A stretch of DNA of 64,000 nucleotides from Octopus vulgaris (lineage: Eukaryota), in assembly GCA_951406725.2 (NCBI GenBank), contig OX597839.1, positions 29,202,001 to 29,266,000 of the forward strand, given 5' to 3'. A program made the position numbers and the translations under genes. Of this stretch, positions 53,190 to 64,000 are shown piece after piece. The notes below the pieces were generated by a model, which saw nothing but the letters and a program-made list of their open reading frames with translations, ran no database searches and had not been told where the DNA came from. Numbering within the stretch: the first letter of the stretch is position 1; the number at the start of each line of letters is the position of its first letter.

Positions 53190-53619
53190 ATGGTGAATTT
53201 TAGTATAGAAAGGTTTCTTTAATGTTTCATTAATGTCTGTTTTCCATGCTGGCATGGGTTGGATTGTTTGACCAGGGCTGGCAGCCAGAGAGCTGCACCA
53301 GGTTCTAGTATAACTTGGTTTCTACAGCTGGATGCTCTTCCTAATGCCAACCACTTTACAGTGTGTGCTGGGTGCTGGTCATGTGGCACTGGCATGAGTG
53401 CATTTATGTGGCACCAGCACAAGTGCCTTTTATGTCGCACTGGTATGAGAAATAGAGAGCTAATACAAAGTGGGAGAGAAGAGAGATGAGGCACACAGTG
53501 ACAGAAACAGAGGTCAATGGCCAATATAAGGGTGTGTTCTGGGAACAGAGGAGTTCAGTGAAAATAAAGTAAAAACGAAAAAAATACATTGAGAGTACAA
53601 GATGGATGACAAGAGAAGT

Positions 53620-53905
53620 GATTCCAAAAACCATGATGTTCACTGGATGTTTAAATTTCATTACACTTGGTACATGTCCTCAGATTGCACTATCCTTGGA
53701 TTGACACCCAAATGTTCTGAAATGTTTGTATTGAAGCTTCCAGCATGAATGCCAAGCAGTACAGTATGTCATTTCTAAATTTCTAGTAGAGTGAATTTTG
53801 ACATGGTGCTGTTTTTCTCAAAGACAGTGCCCAATTGACCCTACTATACTATGTAGTTAACAAAATCAGAAACAAACAATGAGCATACGCATGCGCGAAG
53901 TTAAA
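53620..53905 (-). mobile_element. 5' fragment of the same DD37D mariner family, internally deleted
   Basis: Minus strand MSKFTLLEI*K*HTVLLGIHAGSFNTNISEHLGVN (HTH-like N-terminus) joined via TCTGAGGACATGTAC to KHPVNIMVFG, the same segment as at 207-270. Confidence 0.75.
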
Positions 53906-54055
53906 AGTCTTTCGTTTTTTTGTGAATTCTCCACCCCCATATATATATATATGCATTTATATACATACATATACATATATGTATACATGCATACATACAT
54001 ATATATAAATACATACATATATATGTACAGACAGACAGACACACACATACATACA

Positions 54056-54088
<33 letters not shown>

Positions 54089-54937
54089 CTGTAATTGCTT
54101 TACTGAAAAATAATAGTTCTTTAGAAAAAAGTCTGAGAAGTCAGGTGGTTGACCTAATTTTGGTTTTGCTTCCTCCGCACCACAGCACTGGTAAAATTCT
54201 AGGCTAAACTTCCTGAAACTACCATAATTAAGTCACTAAGTAAACTGCCTTTCGTGTTCATATACATACACACACACATACAAATATACATACATATATA
54301 TACACACATATATTGTATATATGAGCAGAAACATCTAAATATGATCACGTAAACACGTCCACCCACATCCACATGCATACACAAGATATATGTCGGAATG
54401 CACACGAGTGAGTTAATAGAACATGCATTTGCATATTATATATACATTGGTTATAATGCATGCGTGTGTGTGTGTGTGTGTGTGTCACCCTCACCGACGC
54501 TACCACCACTCTTTCATCCCTGCAACGCATCTTCCACCTCACTGCAACATCCAACATTACACACGAGCAAGTGTGTCAGATTGGAACGAATGTATCTGCA
54601 GCAAAGCATATCCCAGCCCTCATCCTTGCTCCTGAATCACTGTGTGGGTGTGTGAGGGGGGAGGGTGAACGGAGGTTAGCCCCCCCCCCCCCTGCTGCTC
54701 TGTGCCTTTCCTTCCTTGGATGGCATCATCTGCCAGAAACCTGCCCCTGCCACTGTCAGCTCAGAGCACTTTCACACTCAACAGGTGTCTTTCTTCTATA
54801 TTCTCAGTCTCAACCAGTGCAGCTGTCTCACCTATATGGACGAACTACAAGACAAATTTCCATTTTCATGTCTGTTTTTTAATATGAAGGTGCACACATC
54901 CTTTTACATATATATAGGGTTCGTTAGAATGTGCATA

Positions 54938-55320
54938 AGTGGCTGTGTGGTAAGTAGCTTGCTTACCAACCACATGGTTCTGGGTTCAGTCCCACTGCGT
55001 GGCACCTTGGGCAAGTGTCTTCTGCTATAGCCTCGGGCTGACCAAAGTCTTGTGAGTGGATTTGGTACACGGAAACTGGAAGAAGCCTGTCGTATATATG
55101 TATATATATGTGTATATGTGTGTCTGTGTTTGTCCCACCAACATCGCTTGACAACCGATGCTGGTTTGTTTATGTTCCCATAACTTAGCGGTTCGGCAAA
55201 AGAGACCGATAGAATAAGTACTAGGCTTACAAAGAATAAGTCCTGGGGTCGATTTCCTTGACTTAAAGGCGGTGCTCCAGCATGACTGCAGTCAAATGAT
55301 TGAAACAAGTAAAAGAGAAA
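54938..55320 (+). mobile_element. Family B SINE
   Basis: Full-length, CpG-rich (young) copy. Confidence 0.85.
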
Positions 55321-55587
55321 AGAGAATATATAGGGCTGGACAGTGTGACCAGGACTGGTCAGCTGGAAGGTTGCACCAGGCTCCAATGGTCTGTTTTGGC
55401 ATGGTTTCTACAGCTGGATGTCCTTCCTAATGCCAACCACTCCAAGCGTGTAATGGGTGCTTTTATGTGCCACTGGCATGGGTGCTTCTTATGTGCGACA
55501 CCTCCACCTGCCATGGCTGCCATTTTGCTCAGCTTGACGATGGTGATTCTTCTCAAGCCAGATATAAGGTGAAAGGTCTCTCTTTTC

Positions 55588-55988
55588 TTCTTTTACTTGT
55601 TTCAGTCATTTGACTGCAGCCATGCTGGAGCACTGCCTTAAAGGGTTTTAGTCAAAGAAATCAACCTCGGGACTTATTCTTTGTAAGCCTAGTACTTATT
55701 CTATCAGTCTCTTTCGCTGAACTGCTAAGTTACAGGGACATAAACACACCAGTATTGGTTGTCAAGTGATGGTAGGGGACACAAGAACAAAGACACATGC
55801 ACATAAGCATACATATATACATCTATAGATATATACACACACACATATGGCAGGCTTCTTTCAGTTTCTGTTTACCAAATCCACTCACAAGGCTATGGTT
55901 GACCCAAGGCTATAGAAGACACTTGGGACTGAACCTGGAACCATGTGGCTGAGAATCAAATTTCTTACCGCACAGCCATGCTTGCGCC
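55588..55988 (-). mobile_element. Family B SINE
   Basis: Full-length, inverted relative to 54938-55320. Confidence 0.85.
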
Positions 55989-57186
55989 AACATATATATA
56001 CATATATATATATCAATCACATATGCACATCCATCCATGCATGTGCGTCTGAGTAATGCAATTGATCTGAAGAAACTGCACTGAAGACTGTAGATGAAAG
56101 AGAGGAGGAGGAGGAAGAGAAGTTGGTAGAGGAACAAAAGAGTGTGTGGTGGAAGTTGAGGAGGAGGAGGAGGTGAGAGGAAGGAACATTTATGTACAAA
56201 TATGAATGCATGAATGTATCTGTGTGAAAATACCTGTGGGTGAGTTTGTATGAGTGTATTTGCATACATTCACATATTTGTATTGTGTGACTATTGTATG
56301 AATATATTTATACACATACATACATACATACATACATACAAGCATACATATATATATATATATATACACACATATATATGTATATACATACATACAGACA
56401 TTACTCATACATACAAACAACAGTTGCACATAGAATGTATAAGGAGGAGAGAAAGGATGAAGAAACTGATGAACAGAAGATGATTGGAAAAATTGTGTAT
56501 GTATGTGTGCATGTGTGTGTGTGTGTGTGTGTGTGGAGTAATAAAACGATGTAGAATCTGGTGGAGCAGAAACACAAGGCTAGAGTTGAGGCAATAAATT
56601 GAAAATGACTCAGAGTGTGTATGAGAGAGGGGGAGGGAGAAAGTGAGGGAAAGAGGGTATGTGTAGATGAGTGCAAGAGAAGGGGCAGGGAGAGAGTGCA
56701 GGGGTAGATGTGAGTGAGTGTACATTATGAGAAAGGAGTATATATATATACACACATATATATACATTAGTAAATGCCTCACTACAATCCTGTTGCACAT
56801 CATTGGTTGTTTCTTTTCATTTTTTTTATATTGCTTCAACAGTTTCTGTCTCTCTTCTCTAATATTTCTTAAATGAGTAAGACTCGTCAACATCTTCCGT
56901 ACCCTTTCCCTCACTCACTTCCTCTTTCATACACACATGTATATATATATATACACACACACATGCATACAGCCACATACAAGCATGCATACAGACGCAT
57001 ATATACAGACAAGCATGCACACAAGTACACACACATACATATATGCACATGTATATAAACACAAATATGCATCCATATCTATCCATCAAACTGTCTATCT
57101 ACACACATACATACATACATACAGATGCACATATATATTCACATACAAACATACAGATGTACATACACATATATATACACATATAC

Positions 57187-57252
<66 letters not shown>

Positions 57253-57440
57253 CATACATACATGCATACAGATGCACATATATTTTTTTATTTGTTTCAG
57301 TCATTTAACTAGGGCCATGCTGGAGCACTGCCTTTAGTCGAACAAATTGACCCCAGGAATTATTCTTTGTAAGCCTAGTACTTATTCTATCAATTTCTTT
57401 TGTCGAACTGCTAAGTTATAGGAACAAAACAATAATACTG

Positions 57441-57493
57441 TTCCCATGCCGAACCCAGGCCACCTGGGTGAAAGCCAGGAGTACTAACCACTA
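57441..57493 (-). pseudogene. tRNA-Glu(TTC)-derived pseudogene fragment
   Basis: Minus strand TAGTGGTTAGTACTCCTGGC-TTTCAC-CCAGGTGGCCTGGGTTC-GGCATGGGAA matches eukaryotic tRNA-Glu(UUC). The 5' acceptor strand is missing and about 7 nt of the T-arm are deleted. Confidence 0.75.
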
Positions 57494-57550
57494 AACACAC
57501 ACATATACATACATACAGATGTACTTCTGTAAAAAACCATTTGCACCAAA

Positions 57551-57594
<44 letters not shown>

Positions 57595-57734
57595 CTCTCT
57601 CTCTATATATATTTTACATACATACACATACATACAAATGTACTCGTGTATGTATGTATGTGTGTATGTATGTATGTATGTATGTATGGAGAGGGAGAAA
57701 GAGAAATATGTATATGAATGTCTATAAAAATTAT

Positions 57735-58235
<501 letters not shown>

Positions 58236-58859
58236 TATATTACGCACTAAAGCAGACAAAAGCCTGAAACAATAGCCATATATAGATTATATATACACAT
58301 GCATTACTGTGAGGGTCCCTAACCCCGAACACACACACACACCTAGTATAGATTAATTCCAAATCAAAGAGCATCATCAATAAAACGTATTGGTGATACT
58401 ATAACACACCCACCCACATACGTATGCACACGAGTAATAATCTCCATGAGGGCCAACCGCAGAAACAAACACTCCAGTGTCATCCTAAAAAGTCTGTGAG
58501 ATTATATATATATATATATATATATACACAAGATAAGAAAATGGATTTAGATGTATTTCTCCATTTTATTATGTTGTATTAGTAATTTGTGGTAAATCAT
58601 TTTACCTTTGCCCATATAATACAGTAAATGAATTGATTACATCGCAATCATTAACATTTATGTATTAACTTTGTTGGGTACTTCACTAGCAGTATATTGG
58701 ATATATGTTATCCCATGGAGGGTTGCATTTACAACCCCTATCTCAATTTGTATATGTATATATATATATATGTCTTAAAATAGCAGGGTCTATATCAACA
58801 CACATTTCTAAGCTATTCACTGTTGTTAGAGGGCCTCCTCCTCCATTATATGTTGTACA

Positions 58860-59205
58860 AAGGATAAAGAACCCCTTTGGTCATGAATAACTATGGGATT
58901 GCACCTAGAAAGTTCCCCTCAGAGGGACAAATCTGGGTAAGGTTGTTTATGGAAGACCAGCAAGTCGCCCATGCATACCAGACTCCCCTCTCCATGTAAA
59001 CCAATGATATTCAAGAGAAAGGCAAAGGGACCGATACAGCTTGGTACCAGGGACATCGTGACTCATTTCCACAGCTGAGTGAACTGGAGCAAAGTGAAAT
59101 AAAGTGTCTTGCTCAGGAACACAACACATTGCTCAGTCTGGGAATCAAACTCACTACCTCACAATTGTGAGCCTGACGCTCTAACAATTGAGCCATGCAC
59201 CTTCA
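58860..59205 (-). mobile_element. Family D SINE
   Basis: Homologous to 47725-48072. Confidence 0.8.
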
Positions 59206-59264
59206 CTATATACATATGTAAATATATATACACACACACACACATACATACATATATATATATA

Positions 59265-59460
59265 TAACGGGAAAGTTTACGAAAATAAACAAAAGACGAA
59301 GGCAGGTGGAGTACAAACAAACAAATGTATTAGTATAGCGCTCAGGAATAGAAATAAAACAAGTCTTTTACGTTTCGAGCCTACGCTCTTCGACAGAAAG
59401 ATACACAGAAAAGAAACAAGGAGAGAAAAAAATGTGTGTAGGAGCTATAGTTAGTGGTTC
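59265..59460 (-). mobile_element. Short TA-embedded element carrying the hammerhead-like motif (Penelope pLTR-like)
   Basis: Homologous to 5144-5322 (shared ATGTATTAGT, CGCT, GTCTTTTA(C/T)GTTTCGAGCCTA(C/T)GCTCTTCGACAGAAAG, GGAGAGAAAAAAA). Confidence 0.55.
59364..59401 (-). ncRNA. Hammerhead-like motif with variant core CUGUCGA
   Basis: UCUUU-CUGUCGA-A-GAGC GUAG GCUC-GAAA-CG-UA-AAAGA: 5-bp stem I, 4-bp stem II with G-C closing pair, palindromic ACGU stem III, GUA triplet. Confidence 0.55.
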
Positions 59461-60163
59461 ATATATCCCCAAAAAAGCACACTAGAGCAGTAATACATAA
59501 CAATCTTCCAGATATATATATACATATATATATATGCATGTGTGTGTGTCACCTTGCCATGACACCACATAATAGTTGTAAATGAGAGTCACTGTCACAC
59601 AAGCAGTGTTGTTCATTTCCAGTATCCCATGAAAAAACTGTCTGGCAAAGGCGGGGGTGGAAATACTGCCTTGTCTGGAAACAGCCGAGGCTTGGCAACA
59701 GAAGGAAGACATCTGTCTGTAGAAAATCTGCCTCGTGCAAGCAAAAAAAAAAAATGGACATTAAATGCTGCTGATGATGATGGTGGTGTTGTTTAGGTAG
59801 GGGTGGTTACATCTCTCTTTACAACACAAGGGCCAGACAGACTCCATCAGCAACCCCCCAGTGGATTACTCAGCTTTATAAATGGATCAAACTAATCGAA
59901 TAACTTAATCAATAATTTCAATCATTAGCATGATGCTGCATATTCTGCGGAAGGGAACAGAGATGGCGATGAAATCACTCCTGACAAATGACTAGTTCTT
60001 CTTTTATTGACCCTGGAGGTCAATCTCAGAAGGATTTGAACTCAGAATGTAAAAAACACAACTAATTACAGTCCATTTTAATCGAACACAATTGTTATCC
60101 TTATAATCTATCTATAAATTATGGATATATGTATGTATGTATATATATACATACACACATATA

Positions 60164-60323
60164 AGTGTGGCTGTGTGGTAAGAAGTTTGCTTTCCAACTA
60201 CATGGTTCTGGGTTCAGCCCCACTGCGTGGCACTTTGAGGCAACTGGCTTCTACTATAACCTCAAGCTGATCAAGTCTTGTGAGTGAATTTAGAAGATGG
60301 AAAATGAAAGAAGCCCTTTGAGC

Positions 60324-60375
<52 letters not shown>

Positions 60376-60575
60376 ATATGTTTGTCCCCACCCCCTACCA
60401 GCATCATTTGACAACCAATGTTGGTGTGTTTATGTCCCCGTAACTTAAGAAGTTCGGCAAAAGAGACTGATAGAATAAGTACTAGACCTACAAAGAATAA
60501 GTCCTAGGGTCAATTTGTTTGACTAGAATGCAGTGCTCCAGCATGGCCGCAGTCAAATGACAAACAAATAGAAGA
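60164..60575 (+). mobile_element. Family B SINE
   Basis: Full-length match. Confidence 0.85.
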
Positions 60576-60717
60576 ATATGTAAATAACATTAGCTTATGC
60601 AAATATATACAAACGTGTTCTATGTACAGAGATAAAAATTATACATACCTCAACATATATGTATATAAATATGCATATATTTGCATATGTATTAGGCAGC
60701 ATACATACATGGTATAC

Positions 60718-61097
60718 ATCTTCAACAGCTAGTATACATATATATATATATATGCACATGCATATAAACACAAACATGCATGTATACACACATATACACA
60801 TACATATATATTCACACACATACAGATGTACATGTATGTATGTATGTATGTGTGTGTATGTATGTGTATATATATATATATATATATATACATACATATA
60901 TATATATACATATATATATATATAATTAATTAATAAGGGTGAGAGAATTAGATACTAATTTAATAGTATATCTCTTCAACAGCTAGTATACATATATATA
61001 TATGCACATGCATATAAACACAAACATGCATGTATACACACATATACACATACATATATATTCACACACATACAGATGTACATGTATGTATGTATGG
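60718..61097. repeat. Direct duplication of about 125 bp
   Basis: TCTTCAACAGCTAGTATACA...ACAGATGTACATGTATGTATG at about 60719 and 60973. Confidence 0.85.
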
Positions 61098-61113
61098 ATG
61101 TATGTGTGTGTGA

Positions 61114-61163
<50 letters not shown>

Positions 61164-61848
61164 TATATTTACATACATATTATCTCACATCCATGCATGT
61201 TAAACATACATGTTCATTAGCTAATAATTGTTTCCGTATTTCTATATATGTACACACATACAAGGATTAAAATATATATATATATGTATGTATATTGTGT
61301 GTTTGTGTGTGTATACATATATATCATCATGTAAGGTGAATGTTAAACGATGATGATAATACACACACACACAAAATATACATCCTAAAACACACACACG
61401 CACGCACCTACACGTTTTCTTGTTGCCGAGTGCTGCACGTACATAGTGGAAGTATCATCTTCTTCCCAGTGAGTGTTGGCGAGGTTTAGTCAGTTGGTTT
61501 GCAAGGAAGAACTCGCCCTCGCCCCACCTCCTTCAACAGCTGATTACACACTCTCTACCTACAACCACTTCATCTGCTGCTGGCGGTGCCGGTGGTGTTA
61601 CATGATATACATACCTACTGACCGTTTTACTCAACAGGTCTGTCTATAAATATATACATACACATATATGTATGCACAAACATCCACACACTCATCCAAA
61701 ATGGCAGGATCTATGTAATTACACATTTCTTTGTCTTCATTCTGCTGAAGACAGGCCTCTGTATTCAAAATATAAAGGTTTTTTTTTAAAAAACTTTCTA
61801 CATCGATAGAAGCTTTCCTTATTTCTCTCTTCCTTCCTTTTACTACTT

Positions 61849-61896
<48 letters not shown>

Positions 61897-62066
61897 TTAC
61901 TTTACTACAAAGCTTCAGGCAAACTACAACACTCCTACATATACAAAGGGTAAAAACTCCGTCCGGTCATGAACAACCATGGGAATGCACTTAGGAACTT
62001 CCCCTCCAGAATACCAGTCCGGGCAAGGTTGGTTTATGGAAGACCAGCAGTCACCCATGCATACCA

Positions 62067-62300
62067 GTCGAGGGGTCTTGTCCTGCAAGTTACTTGGTGT
62101 CCTTCTTATTGCTGGTGACTTGTAAAAAGCACCCAGTTCACCTTGTAAAGTGGTTGGCGTTAAGAAGGACATCCAGCCGTAGAAACCATACCAAAACAGA
62201 GAGCAGAGCTTGATGTAAATCTTCTGACTTGTCTGTTCCTGTCAAACTGTCCAACCCATGCCAGCATGGAAAATGGATGATGATGATGACAATGATGATG
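62067..62300 (+). mobile_element. Family E retroposon 3' fragment
   Basis: GTGGTTGGCGTTAAGAAGGACATCCAGCCGTAGAAACC...(GAT)n. Confidence 0.7.
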
Positions 62301-62479
62301 GTGAGAAATATATATATTATCATCACCATAATCGTTCAACATCTACCTTCCATATACAACCCATAATCCACCACCCTTATGTTATATAGTCCTTGTGTGT
62401 GTGTGTGTGTTATTCCACTTGGAAACAAGTGAAGTTGGCATCAGGAAGGGCATCAAGTCATAAAATCTCTGCCCCAACA

Positions 62480-62978
<499 letters not shown>

Positions 62979-63088
62979 CAACTATATATATATATATATA
63001 TACGCACACACACCGTACCTACATACAGTGTACAGTTCTGTTATGGTAAGATCACCACAAGAAGTGCTCTCTATCCAGTGAAAGATAA

Positions 63089-63317
63089 ATATCATTTAAT
63101 GATTTAATGTACATAGTATAAAAATACGAGCTACCAACAGTTTCATGCAGAGGAGATGTGGGTTTAGGTAGGTTTTTATAACATGTCTTGTGTCTCAGAG
63201 AGCCTGAGAATCGCTTGAAGGAACAAAACATGTTATAAAAGCCTGTCTAGACCGGCATCTCCAAAGCAAGAAACCATTAATAGTTTGTATGCTTATACTG
63301 TATACATTAAATGATAT
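63089..63317. repeat. Diverged foldback inverted repeat, arms about 100 bp
   Basis: ATATCATTTAATG / CATTAAATGATAT ends; GGAGATG / CATCTCC; TTTTATAACATGT / ACATGTTATAAAA inner stem. Confidence 0.8.
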
Positions 63318-64000
63318 ACATACATATACATATGTGTGTGTGTGTGTGTGGGTGTATATATTAATTTGGTTAGTTACTAGAGTTTCAGTTACTTCATAGC
63401 ATCTCTGTATTCCAGCAATGTAATCAATACAGCAAAAAAAAAAATAACGATCAGATAAGGCATCTACCAGTGACAGATTCCTGTTAGGTAAGATGGCTTT
63501 TAGCTGATTCTTCCACACTGAAATGTGACTGTTTCAGCAGCAGCAGCAGGTGGATTGGCGGTTATTGGATCACTAGTGCTTCCTCCCTCTCTCTGTGCAT
63601 GTGTGAGAGAGAGAAGGAGAGACCATTTCAGTGGCAGGTGAATTAGCATTTATTGGGTCAATTGTATTGTTACCAATATCAACCACTCCATTACAACTCA
63701 TCAATACAAAAGTCTCTTAAATCCAAGGTTGTTGGGTGGAAATGTTTCTCTGGTTGCCCACTCGTGCACATGTTTTTCTAGTTCTTCAGTGGCTTCTCTC
63801 ATCCCCACTTCTAACACATAACCCCTTTTACTGACCCTTTCTATCATTTTTTATAAAGACACAACTAGGAACAATTGAAAGACATTTGTACTATTTCCTG
63901 CTGTCTTTTTTTTTTTTTTCCCATTTTAATGGGTTCAGATCTTTGGTTGGCCTGTCATAAAACATTTTAACCTTTGTCCTCATTTAATGTCCGTTTTCCA

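Overview
AT-rich, microsatellite-saturated eukaryotic DNA. The repeat repertoire looks like that of a coleoid cephalopod, probably Octopus (inference from recognised SINE bodies, not from a database search). Nearly all ORFs in the supplied track are artefacts of (TA)n/(CA)n/(GA)n/(AAT)n tracts. The one host coding segment I can support is a 74-nt exon on the minus strand (30983-31056, GYLLFKDFCNNGSDVPIAEINFYEE). It matches exon 3 (RGS-homology domain) of a GRK2/3-type (beta-adrenergic receptor kinase / Gprk1 / cephalopod rhodopsin kinase-like) gene. No neighbouring exon was found by eye, so the window is probably two very long introns (>30 kb each) of that gene. The introns hold about five SINE/retroposon families, a DD37D (maT) Tc1/mariner relic, an R4/Dong LINE 3' fragment, a Helentron-type HINE, TTAA-flanked MITEs and a tRNA-Glu pseudogene. 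The most unusual signals are RNA-structural: (i) a set of dispersed minimal Penelope-type hammerhead-ribozyme motifs, including one in a perfect 165-bp palindrome and a two-copy family with a non-canonical CUGUCGA core; (ii) at least seven unrelated foldback elements, one with a strand-biased, ADAR-like mismatch pattern; (iii) an exon-intron duplex over a Lys codon that A-to-I editing would turn into the Arg found in mammalian GRK2. Several CpG/homeobox-motif-rich unique islands are candidate cis-regulatory elements. SINE boundaries are approximate (about +/-10 nt).
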